Assembly (NCBI RefSeq): GCF_016432865.1
Contig: NC_067400.1
Location: forward strand, 622,170,001 to 622,234,000
Origin: Antechinus flavipes
Lineage: Eukaryota
Reading direction: 5' to 3'
DNA: 64,000 nucleotides
Under the pieces are notes generated by a model. The model had not been told where the DNA came from, ran no database searches, and saw nothing but the letters and a program-made list of their open reading frames with translations. Shown here one piece after another: positions 10,131 to 22,300 of the stretch (position 1 is its first letter; the number at the start of each line of letters is the position of its first letter). Made by a program: the position numbers and the translations under genes.

Positions 10131-12109
10131 AATTACCAACTCTATTCAAGGGACCACAATTGTGTAAAAGGAAATCTCGTTGGAAATTTCTACACTAAGA
10201 TTAAGTGCTTTCATAACATAATTGCTTCCAACATGTGTTGTTGGTCTAGTTTGGCCTCTCTTCCCATATTCACCTTCTTGATTGTCATTTACAATGTACA
10301 TTTCCTCTCATGTAAATTGTTTCTTCTAATAAATTATAGGATTGACTATTGGTAGGTTTTTTATTATCAGTCACTTTACATCAATTAAATGGTAGTTATT
10401 TTTATTTTATTTTGGTGATTCTATTTGGTTTCTACCATATCTCACATCTACCAATTATCTTTTCAATTATTAATGACATTTTGACATAATGTTTTCACAA
10501 AGTCAGTAGTCTTTGATCTTTGTATTCTTTACTCATAAAGCACATTTCCCCAACATATGCCCATTAATCTCCTTTTGCACTGAATTGGATAAGTATTAAA
10601 ACTTATGTTAGCTTATTTAAGATTGTTGATATCCATCCTTACAAAGCAGTGTCACCCTTTCAACCAACCTTATCAATCTCTTACCCAAACTATTAAATTT
10701 TACCTTAATAACATCTCTTGCATATGTTTCCTTCTCATTTCTGACACTGCTACTACCATGAGGAAGGCCATCATCATCTTATGCTTAAACTATTATAATT
10801 GATTCATTATTGTATTGATCATGATTCTTAAGTTTTTCAAAGTTATTCTCCTTTACAATGAATTTATTGTATCAATTGTTCTCCTGTGTAGACTCGGTCC
10901 TATCTTTTTCAGTTTATGCATATCCTCCCACATTTCTCTGAATGCACACCTTCCACTGTTTTATGATGAATTAATATTGTTATGTTCTTCTGCCTTAAAA
11001 ACATGACAGGTCTGAGATAGATAGGTAGATGGATAAATAAGTAGAAATCCCAGCCCTCTAAACTGCTTAGGTTAAAGAAACTGGAAATTACTGATGCTAA
11101 AATTGATCAATGGTTTAAAAAAATCAGGCAGATATAAATGATTATATTCAATGTATAAATAGTAAAATAGATTGATTATACCCATCATCTATACATTTAC
11201 AACTGCTAACCTCCCAATTCTGGAAATATGGTCTCACACTATAATTTTCTTAAAGTGGCCACGAGGGAGCTCACATTTTCCTTTCTCCCATATCTCTCTC
11301 TCTGTGTCCCTGTCTGTCTGTCTCACACTCTCACATACAGAAAAATAGGTGAGATATGATGAGAAAATAGATTCACCTAGTTTATTTTATATTTTATAAA
11401 ATGAGATGAGACCTCAGGTTTTGTTTGTTAATTAATGAGAAATATTTCACTCTGAATGATTTACGAGGAGATATTATACATTCTTTAGTCACCTTAGAAC
11501 CAGGAATGATAATAAATAATAAAATGAGCCAGTAGAAGGAACATGGGTGTCTATTGATGGTATTAACAAAATGCTCACCATATTCATATGATCTATCAGT
11601 TTTGGAACCCTGTCAAAAATGAGACTAAGGTAATCCTAGTGTAATTTACCCTTTATAGTGTCATTTTGATTCTTTGTGATCCTTTATTTCTTTTTCTAGA
11701 CTTTCATTGAATAATATATAATTCTCATTGAGATAAAAATGTTTACATATATATGTAAATAGAAAATGATATATGTGTATATGTAATATATACAGACCTA
11801 ACATTGCATGTGTATATATGTAATATATACATTTATACATGCATACATACACATATATTTTAAAATGTCTTCTGGAACTGAAGTTAAGGTTATACTTTCA
11901 TATTCTATTTCATTGTTTTGAAAATTTGTTTAACATTTGCCATCCTCCAATTCTTTGGTACTTATTCAATTCATTGCAATCTTTCAAATGTCACTGGCAG
12001 GTATTCAACAATTAACATCTGTCAGTTCTTTATGTAGCTGATGATACTGGTCATTGGAGAGGCACCAGTGCATAGTGGAAATATAATCTCAAATACTATC
12101 TCTTTCATG

Positions 12110-12480
12110 ACACTAACTATCCATCTCATCCTCTGCTGACTTCTTTTCCTTTTGTCTTCAATATTTTTTCCAAAATAGCATTCTCTCATTATGTGGTCAA
12201 AAAATGTAAACTTTAACTTCAGTATTTAGCTTTCTTGTAAATAGCCTGAATTAATTTCCTTGAATATTCACTGATTTGATCTCCTTAGTGTCCTGGAGTC
12301 TCTCAAAAGTCTTCTCTAGCACCACAGTTCAAAAGCTTCAATTCTCTGGCTCTTAACTCTCTCCTTATAATTCAACTCTCATTGTCATGCATTGTTAATG
12401 GAAAAACCACAGCTTTGTCATATTTATCCACTGGAGAAGGGAAGAACAAACCACTCCAGTACTTTTGCCAAGAAAATGCC
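12110..12480 (-). mobile_element. RTE (BovB-related) LINE fragment
   Basis: ccatctcatcctctg, ctctcaaaagtcttctctagcaccacagttcaaaagcttcaattct and ggaaaaaccacagctttg match the RTE/BovB ORF sequence as recalled. Confidence 0.75.
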
Positions 12481-14059
12481 CTGGACAATGTTAAAATGAT
12501 TTCAATATTATGTATGATTATCTAAGTTTAATTGAAGTCATGAAGAGTTATCTCTTACTATACTATTTCTTCACTGACTAATAAAACACTTGTGGTTAAC
12601 TTATATTCTTTTTAGCACTAAAGTCATCATCCTTGGCAGAAAAAAAGAAGCCAAATATACATTGAGCAGCTCTCACTTCTCTCCCTTATCAGTGCTTATC
12701 ATCTCAACCTTATTGAGCAGTTGTCTTTTACTTTCTTTTATATTGCTTCCCATTCAAAATAGTTAAAAGAACTCTCTTAACTGCTTTCCTCTGAAACTGT
12801 AGCTTATTTCTTTTCCTTTAAAAACACAGTAAATTCAGTGTCTTACCTTACATACGTCTCAAAAAGTACCTTGGAGAGTGTCTTTCAACAAAAATCACTG
12901 GCATAAAAAAAAAAAGGAAACTGATTTTAGATACTTCTTTTTCATTGTCAACTTCTAAAACTAAAAATCAGCCACATTCACATTTGAGGTAAATAGCCTT
13001 CTCATAATGCAATGTTTTTCTACACTTGGTGCCCCTCTGCTATCATTGTCTTAGGCAACTGTACTCTTAAAATTTATTATTTTTACCCCTTGTTAAAAAT
13101 CTGCTTTCAAGGGAGACTCTCTAAGTCATTTGTGAAAAAGCATACATAAGTATTAGTTGAAAAATCACCCTTAGGGTTATTTATACACTCCTTAAAAATT
13201 ATGTAGGAAGAAGATAGAAATTGTATTCTACTGGAGGATTAATCCCACATTTTGGATCTTCAACAATGTTCCATGAAACATTGAAATGAAAAGTAATTTT
13301 TAAATATTCAGTAAGTGTCCTAGGTTCTGGAGACAAGTTTTTTGGGATATTTGAGAGGCCACTGAATTTGTAGTCAGTAAGAGCTGGATTCAAAAACCCT
13401 GTCAAAACCATATTAGTTTTGTTATTCTAGAAAAACCATTTCACTTTGCTACATATCAGTTATAAATTTAAATTATAAATCTTAATTGTAAAATTAGCAA
13501 AATTAAGTAAAATAAGTAAAATTAAGGCATTAGACTCAGCTTCTTCCAGTTTTAAGTCTCTGATCCTAACTTGACCAAATTAATCAGGGAATCCAACCAA
13601 ATAAATACCACTAGTATATTTGAACTTGTGGTTGTTTAACCACACTACAATCCACCAAGCCTGATTCCAAGTAGGCCACTCTAGTACTAAGAATTATCCA
13701 AAATCATTTCTGGGTTTTAAATATTTCTGTCGAGATCAGCTCTTCTCTCTTAGGTTGAGCCAGGCTACATTTGATTAGAATGTCTACTTGCTCAATCTAC
13801 TTGGGTGACTAATAAAAGCACTATCTTGTGCTTTTTCAACCTCTCAATTCCTTTTCTGATTGCTATCATAACCTTAGACTTGATCTAGAGAATTTTAAAG
13901 AAACAATGGCTTTGATTCGTGAATTGAAATAAACAATATCTTGTTTCTAGAGTTATTAATTCAGCAGACTCAAACCTTGTAATCCCCACTATTGATAAAA
14001 TATTTAAGGTCCCTAGTAACCTGGTCCTAATCTTTTTATCCAGTCCCACTTCATGGTAC

Positions 14060-14250
14060 TCTCCTTAAAAGTCCTCTACATTGTCAAGCAGTTCAAATCA
14101 TCAGACAGTTCTTAGGGGGCTGCTCAAAATCATTAGATTGTGGAGTTCCTCAAGGATAGACTATCATTTCCTTTTCTTCAGATATCCAATGCTTACCCCA
14201 GTGCCTAACACATAGTAGGCACTTAATAAATGATTATTGATTGACTATTG
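14060..14250 (+). mobile_element. L2 3' end
   Basis: Ends cagtgcctaacacatagtaggcacttaataaatgattattgattga, the classic L2 terminus. Confidence 0.8.
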
Positions 14251-15254
14251 CATATTATAATAACATTATAAACCACACAAGTGAATAACTACCCACTCCC
14301 ACAGCACAGTTATTTAATTATATGCTCTTTGTGTTCAGTGAAAAATATGACTTTGAGCACCTAAACTTATCCAGAACATTCACTTAATACAAATATTTTG
14401 TAATTTTATCATTCAATAAAAATGCTCTTTGAGTTAGGTTTTTTAGGTAATCATAGCTCAGTCTGGGTTCAGCTGAATAATTCAAAGAATAACCATCCAC
14501 TTTCCTAAACCACATATTTTACCACCTTCCCTTATCTGGAACATCTCATATTATTAAAATCTTAGTCAACAGACAAACAGAATTCTTTTCTTTATGCCTT
14601 CAACAAACATTAGTTAATCAAATGATGGTTTCTAGTCTAATAGGGAAGATATTCATTAGCAATCAGCCTAACATTTATCACTAGACAGAGTTAGATCTAT
14701 CCTCTTCTATAGAGAAAACAATTCTCCATCCCTTCCACAAATATATTCATTAAAAGGAAATAAAAAACAAAAGAAACAATCAAACTGGTAGAAAGGCTTA
14801 CTTAATGTCTGATAAAAGAAGCATGTACTTTGCTATCTCCTGATCAAAAAACAATGAGAAGGTAATACCTAAATATTGCTCTATTTTTCTATTCTTATCT
14901 CTTCTTCTGATCTATCTGATCTTTTGCACACTCACCTCTGATCATTCCAGAAAACAGAATATAATGAATACAAATATATAATTCATGTAAAAAATGACTT
15001 TCAGGGGCTCTGTGTAGCTCCTCACAATACCTGCAGAGCTGGAATTAGAGATACTCTAGGCTAAAACTTGCTAACGTGATGCATAATCATTTTAGGGAAA
15101 GTATTTTAGTTTAAAAGAAGGAAGAAATGTCAAATAATGAATACTGTGGAATAATGGCAGGATTTACTTTAATGAGAGCAAGGGCAGAGGAGGACTTCTA
15201 AGATGACTCCTAAGATCCACCCCAAATCTAAATCAATGGTTTTAGGATTCTGTG

Positions 15255-15440
15255 GGAGGTAACATGGTATATTAGCACAAGAATCATGAAGACTGAGGTT
15301 CAAGCCAGGCAACAGGCCTGTTGTGTTACCGAAGACTATTCATTTATCCTCTCTGTATTTCAGTGTTTTCATCTACAAAATGGTGATAATTAAAACAACT
15401 ACCTCACATTCGCTGTTAAGATCAAGTGAGATAAGAATGT
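15255..15440 (+). mobile_element. MIR
   Basis: Has the CORE-like cagtgttttcatctacaaaatggtgataat...acctcaca...gttaagatcaagtgagataa. Confidence 0.7.
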
Positions 15441-16199
15441 GAAGAGTCAGTTAACAATTAATTTTTAAAAACTCATTACAAGGTATCTGGTATTGAAAGC
15501 ATTATAAATTTTGAAATAATTAAAATAATTTTTGTTGTTTTTGCTATGGTTATTCTTATCCTGTATTCTGATTTTTGTAAAAATTCAAGAATGGAACCCA
15601 AAAATCAACATACTCAGTATCCTAGGTCCTGGAATGCCCTCATTCTTACTTGCATCTGTAGACGTTCCAACACTTTTAGGAGATTCTTTGCCATCTACAA
15701 AAGACACAATCATTTAACTCTAAAAGCAATAAGAAAATCATGAAACAAATAAAAATTTATATTTCCAACCTACTTTTTACTAACTTGCCTGGTCACTGTA
15801 CTCAAAATGATCTGGCGGAAAAGCAGCCTGAGAATCGAGAAAGTGAAGAGTGATGCTGTCTCTTTATTACTTTCCAATGTAATGTCCAAGGATGCATAAA
15901 ATATAAGATGCTATTGCTGAAGCAAATACTTGTAGCCCTTCAGAGAATCCCTTTGCCTGGTTATCTCTCTTAGGTTTTACAGAATAATTAAATATTTTTC
16001 TGTAGAATTGTGGGTGATTCACCCAAGAGAATTGTGAGGATTGATTGGAAGAGGTCAAATGGGAAGACCAAAGACCTTCTGTTCATGTTAAGTAAGGACT
16101 GGGCTTGCAGGGAGAACCTCAAAGTTCATTCCATTTAACAAGGCTTTAAAATTTACAAATATAATCTGATTCAGTTCTCCCAGTCACTCTGAGTTGTTA

Positions 16200-16450
16200 T
16201 TATTGCTCTGTTGTTTCAGTTCAGTTAAGATTTTTTGTGTCCCCATTTAGGATTTTCTTGGCAAAGATACTGGAGTAGTTTGCTATTTCCTTTTCCAGCT
16301 CATTTTATACCTGAGGAAGCAGGCAAACAGCATTAAATTACTTGCCCAGGGTCGTGTAGCTAGTAAGTGTCTGGAAAAACTTTGCCAGTTTTTAAGTTGT
16401 GCAGATAGCTCTTCTTTAGTTCAAGTCCTGTGCTCTATCCACTGTGCCAT
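16200..16450 (-). mobile_element. MAR1-type SINE
   Basis: Contains ttttcttggcaaagatactggagtagtttgctatttccttttccagctcattttatacctgaggaagc...acttgcccagggtc. Confidence 0.8.
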
Positions 16451-17364
16451 GTAAATAACAAATGCTTTCATTGATCACTGGTCTACAAAACCCTTTACCT
16501 GCCATATAGATTTTGATTTCCACACCAACCCTGGCAGTAAATATTGCAACAATCAGAGACTTTATGGGATAAGTGATGAATCCAAAGCCCAGTGGCAATT
16601 GTGTTATTGGGTGCTGGTGGATTGATTAAATGAATTAACCTTTCTTTTTTCTTTATTAAGCAAATTTATTCACAATAAGATAAAATTTGTAATTAGAAAT
16701 GAAAGTGAGGGTTGGTGCCAGGGAACAAGCTCTAGTGTTTATTATTCTTGTAATCATCATTGAATATGGGTCTAAAAAATCTTTTACAAACATACATTTA
16801 CTGAGAAGATATAATAATGATACAAAATACAAATTTTTCCACTCAAAAACTTGGAGACCTCCTTGCCCCAAGACAACCTTGGTCCCTGGAGAGAGTGACT
16901 AAAACTTTAGATAGTTACTGCATAGCATTTGGTTAATAACAACCTTCATAAAATAGAATATGTCTCGAGACTTACTGAAATTATAGATTTCAACTTAAGT
17001 TGTCATATATTTATTGTTTTCTTTGTGCCAAATATTACGGTAGGCATAGCACAACTAGAACTGCGAAATAGTGCCTTCCTTAAGGAAATTTACAAAGTAG
17101 GGAGAGAATATATAGCTGTACCATGTAATAATACACAAATAATATACCAAATGATATATGGGGGTTTCTAGAGGGAGAGAATGTGAACAAATGTGAAACA
17201 AATTTGTGAAATAGAACATGTCTCATGTAGGATGGAGCACAGAACCATGGATTTAAGGAAGCAAGGAATCCTATGAGTAAGAATAAGGAGATCATGCATC
17301 CAAAGTCAAAATTATTATCTTCATACATCATACCAATATTTTCTTTGGTTTAAACTTGCTGCTC

Positions 17365-17590
17365 AGTTATTTTTCAATTGTCTGACTTTTTTCATGCCAA
17401 TAAAAGCTTGGCGAAGATACTGGAATCCTTTCTCATCGTCTTCCCTATCCCATTTTACAGATGAGGAAATTGAGGCAAATAGGATAAAGTGACTTGCTCA
17501 GAATCATAGAGCTAGCAAGTGTTGAAGGCCTTTTTAAATGAAGAACTATGAGTCTTTCCAGTTCCAAACCCAGTGCTCTAACCATGTTCC
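17365..17590 (-). mobile_element. MAR1-type SINE (duplicated at about 36490-36725)
   Basis: Contains cccattttacagatgaggaaattgaggcaaataggataaagtgacttg. Confidence 0.75.
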
Positions 17591-17634
17591 ATCAATCTGC
17601 CCAGTTTAAGGTTAGGTTCAATATTATGGCTCTT

Positions 17635-18316
17635 AATGTTTGTGGCAGCCCTCTTTGTAGTGGCCAGAAACTGGAAACTGAGTGGATGTCCATCAGTTGG
17701 AGAATGGCTGAATAAATTGTGGTATATAAATATTATGGAATATTATTGTTCAGTAAGAAATGACAGGCAGGATGATTTCAGAAAGGCCTGCAGAGACTTA
17801 CACGAACTGATGCTGAGTGAAATAAGCAGGAACAGGAGATCATTATATACTTCAACAGCAATACTATATGATGATCAATTCTGATGGACCTGGCCATTTC
17901 TTCAGCAATGAGATGAACCAAATCAATTCCAATGGAGCAGTAATGAACCGAACCAGCTACACCCAGCAAAAGAACTCTGGGAGATGACTAAGAACCATTA
18001 CATTGCATTCCCAATCCCTATATTTTTGCCTGCCTGCACTTTTTATTTCCTTCACAGGCTAATTGTACAATATTTCAGAGTCCGATTCTTTTTGAACAGC
18101 AAAATAACAGTTTGGACATGTACACTTATTTTGTATTCAATTTATACTTTAATATATTTAACATGTATTGGTCATCCTGCCATCTAAAAGAGGGAGTGGG
18201 GGGAAGGAAGGGAAAAATTAAAACAAAAGGCAATTGTCAATGCTATAAAATTACCCATGCATATAACTTGTAAAGAAAAATCTATTAAAATAAATAAATT
18301 TAAAATAAATTTAAAA
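17635..18316 (+). mobile_element. 5'-truncated L1 predating the duplication (copy at about 36770-37403, running into a gap)
   Basis: Translates MFVAALFVVARNWKLSGCPSVGEWLNKLWY and has a 3' UTR with an A-rich tail. Same position in both units. Confidence 0.9.
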
Positions 18317-18395
18317 ATATATATTGTGGCTCTTAAACTCCATGTTGTTCACATCTCTTTAGGTATAAGCAGCTTATTTAAAAAGAAAAATGATG

Positions 18396-18581
18396 TATAT
18401 TGTATCTAGAATATACTATGGCATATTTAACATGTATTGGACTGCTTGCCATCTGGGAGAGGGGGTAGAGGGAGCGAGGGGAAAAATCGGAACAGAAGTG
18501 AGTGCAAGGGATAATGCTGTAAAAAATTACCCTGGCATGGGTTCTGTCAATAAAAAGTTATTAAATTAAAAAAAAAGAAAG
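18396..18581 (+). mobile_element. Short young L1 3'-UTR insertion specific to unit 1, 14-bp TSD
   Basis: TSD aaagaaaaatgatg at 18382-18395 and 18582-18595. Empty site in unit 2 near 37592. Confidence 0.92.
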
Positions 18582-18839
18582 AAAGAAAAATGATGAGTAA
18601 AATTTAAGTTATTCAAAGCTCCCACTAAGAATATACTTAAGATTTAGGCAAAAAGTTTGAAAAGTGCTTAATAAACATTTGTTGATTGATTTCATCCTGG
18701 TTTCCATGGATATACATGAGCTTCCTTTTTTATCATAGCACTTTTCTGCTTTATTTTCTATTCTTCTGATTCTATCTTTCTATTCTGAATTTATTTTCTA
18801 ATTCTCAGTCCATATTCTCTCTTCTCTCCCAACCTGAAT

Positions 18840-19490
18840 AGCCATGATCTTGATCACCTTTTGGGGGGAAGTTATCTCAGTCTCTAGAATTGTTAGAAGG
18901 CCTTCATATAAAGTGGAGTAATATAGAATGAAAAGGGAAAGAGGTTGGAGTCAGTTTATAACATTTTCAAAATGAAATGGAAGAATTCATATCTTATCCA
19001 AGAAGTACCAGGGAGCCTTTTCAATTTATCGAATAAGACTACAATAATCTCAATTTTTGTTTAGAGAAAGTCACTTTGGTAACTAAATGGTGGATGGATT
19101 GGAGAGAGGATACACTAGCTATTGGGAGACCATTTGTGACATTACTTTTAAAGCATTGACAAGAGTTGATAAGAATATGAATTTGGGCGGTGGTCGTATT
19201 AATAAGAAAAAAAAGGACAATGATTTGCAAATGGTGGGCAAGACTTTGCAACTGATTGGATATGGTGGGTGAAAGCAAATGAGGTATCAAAGATGACTCT
19301 AAGTGTAATGATAACAATGATGTTATTTTCAACAGGAATATGGAAGTTTAGGGGAAATATGGGTTGGAAGGGAAAAATCACAAGTACCAACACAGACACT
19401 GAAATTTAAATACCTTTGAGACATCAATTTAAAATGTCCAAAAAGTAATTGTTTCAGTTAGATTTGGAAATAGAAGCCTATAGATATATG
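18840..19490 (-). mobile_element. L2 fragments (paralog about 37810-38480)
   Basis: Purine-rich L2-like ORF2 remnant (gaaagtcactttggt...ggatggattggagagagg; agatgactctaag). Degraded. Confidence 0.55.
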
Positions 19491-19907
19491 ACCATATACA
19501 TATATCTATCTAAGCTTGCACATATATATGCCTGCATGTAATTATATACATATGCTCCTAAGTACTTTCCATTAAGTTTGCACAAATATTATATTTACTA
19601 ATTTGTGAGCTTGTTGTAATCTCCAGGAAACTAAATTGATTAAAGTATTTTTTATTTGTATCCCAAGAAACTTACATAATATCAGAAACATAGGAAGCAC
19701 TTAATAAAATTGGTTGATTGCTCCTAAAACAAAGAATAAACAACTGATAAACACTGATAAAAATAAGAGCCATTCCCTAATAAATAAATGGTAAAAGACA
19801 TAACTAGGAAGAGAAAAGGGAAAAGGGATTTGTGAAATTGAAAATTGATACCCCACTTTATTCTGAAAATTGATACCCCACTTTATTCTGAATAGTTACC
19901 ATTAGGG

Positions 19908-19916
19908 TATATATAC

Positions 19917-19965
<49 letters not shown>
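19908..19965. repeat. (TA)n microsatellite with two interruptions
   Basis: Read directly. Confidence 0.97.
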
Positions 19966-19966
<1 letters not shown>

Positions 19967-20289
19967 CTTACTTCTTTATAAGAGGTTAATTTTCCCATTT
20001 TTCTTGGGTAAATCCCAGTCTCATTGAATCAATGTGGAGATAAGATGTTCTGCCTGGTCACAGATGTAGAACTAGGCCATTATGATATAGGAGGTTGCCC
20101 AAAAAATAATTTTCTAGAGAACATTAACTAACTTCCAATTTTACTCATTGACCTGGACATTGGAAATCTCCTTTCCAAATCAGCATGTTTATTAAAAAAT
20201 TTAGTCTATGCTATACTTTTACTCCTCCTCTACAAGTGCTCATGGGTAGGCAGTGTGAGTATAATTAAAAAATGATAACTGTTTAAATG

Positions 20290-21060
20290 TACATACTTAT
20301 TGAATGCCATATCAATCAAGCTGTCAGCAAATTGTTTAATGGAGCTAGAAAAATAATAACAAAATTTATCTGAAATGACAAAACATGATGAATTTCAATA
20401 GAATCCATGGGGAAAATTCAAACAAAGATGGCCTAGCTGTACCAGACCTAAAAGTATACTATAAAGCAGTGGTCATAACTATTTGGTACTGGCTGAGAAA
20501 TAAAGTGGTGGATCAGTGGAATAGGTGAGGTTTACAAGACACAATTGTCAATGACTGTAGTAACCTAGTGTTTGATAAGCACTATGATTCCAGCTTCTGG
20601 GATAAGAACTTACTACTTGACAAAAATTGCTGGGGAAATTGGAAAATAATATTGTAGAAACTAGGAATTGATCAATATCTAACGGTCTTTATCAAGATAA
20701 GATATAAATGTGTTCGTGGTTTAGACATAGTCATACTACAAGCAAATTTTGAGAACAAGGAATGCCCTACATCTCAGATCTCTATCACTTATACTCTTAA
20801 AGAGCTTCCCAGAGCACTAAGAATTTACAGATTTACCTATGGTAATGCATACCACCTGATGGATTATAGACAGAACATGAAATCAGTCTAGATTGATAGA
20901 AGCTGACAAAAGTCAATATAGAAAATGTTAGGGAGTAGATACACACATTGTTCCATGTTTGATGGGGCTACAAATTTAACCAACTCTTTGGAAATCAATT
21001 TAGAATTTATAAGAAAGATCACGAGAAAATGTGTAATATATAATACTGAGAGACATTAAT
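20290..21060 (+). mobile_element. Old L1 ORF2 fragment
   Basis: ccagacctaaaagtatactataaagcagtggtc...tttggtactggctgagaaataaagtggtggatcagtggaatagg is L1 ORF2-like. Confidence 0.75.
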
Positions 21061-21609
21061 GAGTATATCCCAAAGGCATCAATTATAGAAGTAAAAGTGC
21101 TCTAGATATGGGTCAACTATTTTATTAGTGTTAAACAACACATTAGACCCTAAGATCAAATGAGAAATATAAAAGAAGATGAGTGGTTAACAGAGTAGAG
21201 AACACAAGAAGAACAAGATAGAGCACACCATTTCCCTCTTGGTAGAAGGTTGTTAAATTATGGGTTTCAAATGTTTTCTCATCTGCCAGATGTTATCATT
21301 TCCTTAACTAGGTTCTCCCTCTCACACTTTTGTCATTGTAACAAGGAATTATTGGAAGTAAAAAATGATGTGAAAAGAAATATTTTAAAAATATTTTACC
21401 CAAAATTTGTGATTTTTTTTGCCTATATGTCAATCAAAGCTACAACCATAGTCACAGTATATCTGTATCAATTGTGCTAACAAGCTAAATAGTCCTCAGG
21501 ACATTTGATTCTCTGCTATTCTGCCTTTTGAAAAATGTAAGAAGGGGACTTATTCCAATCTCTTGAGGGATGTTGAGAGATAGTGACTCGTACAACTATA
21601 ATACATATC

Positions 21610-21790
21610 CACTCCCATGAACATTAATTAACATTTCTTGAACTCCAACCCAGGGCACCTGAGAGGACTTTTTTGGCACCTTCTCTTTTCTACCCAGAGA
21701 AAAATTACCTCAGGGCACTGGTCTCTGCCTGTCCGTATTTGGCTGAAGAGCAGAGATACTGTCCCAAGGGAGATATAAGGAATGTCCAAC
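21610..21790 (+). promoter_or_regulatory. Candidate OR14C-like promoter: homeodomain site plus O/E (EBF) sites
   Basis: TTAATTAA at 21624-21631, acccagggca at 21648-21657, perfect TCCCAAGGGA at 21762-21771 followed by gatataagg. About 2.2 kb upstream of the CDS, with a candidate donor AAG|GTTAGT at 22071/22072. Confidence 0.45.
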
Positions 21791-22104
21791 AAAGGTGAAA
21801 TTGGCCTTATGGGGCCATTTTATCAAAAATTCTGTCTAACTATAACTACAAATACAATGGGGGAAATTGAGGGAAAGCCTGCTTCCCTGACAAGAAAAAG
21901 AACAGAAATATTACAACTAGAAAAGAACGGAAACTTTATAATTTTCTGCCAATCCAGCCTGTGCTGAGGGGAATTTTGGAAGTTTTTCTGTGGCAGAGGA
22001 ATTCAGTAATATCATCTCTGAGCAACTTACATTGCAGAAGCTAACAGCAAGGAAACTTGTTTTTTATTAAGGTTAGTTACAGTGGTTTTGAATATCATGC
22101 TTTC

Positions 22105-22300
22105 CCCCCTTCCATTTTTCTTTTATTTTTTCCTCCCTTTTTCTTTTCCTGCATCCCTCATTCCTTTCTTCATTCTTTCATTCCTGCCTTTGTTCCTTCC
22201 TTCCTTCCTTTCTTTCTTCTTCCCTTCCTTCCTTCATCTCTACATTCATCCTTCCCTACCCCTTCTTTTTTTTTTTCTACCACTGTATACATCTCTTCTT
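22105..22300. repeat. Polypyrimidine (CT-rich) low-complexity tract; paralog 40397-40590
   Basis: Degenerate (ttcc)n/(tttc)n read directly. Confidence 0.9.

Larger units (their letters stand above)
5571..11365 (+). repeat. Segmental paralog block containing the OR2AJ-like gene; paralog at about 58255-64000
   Basis: Continuous collinear similarity, including shared RTE, L2 and MIR fragments and the OR CDS. Each copy has its own indels. Confidence 0.9.

Noticed and set aside
16004-16036. Short palindrome tgggtga-t-tcaccca flanked by a direct repeat agaattgtg
   Set aside because: It is too short to distinguish from chance and has no second copy in the window.
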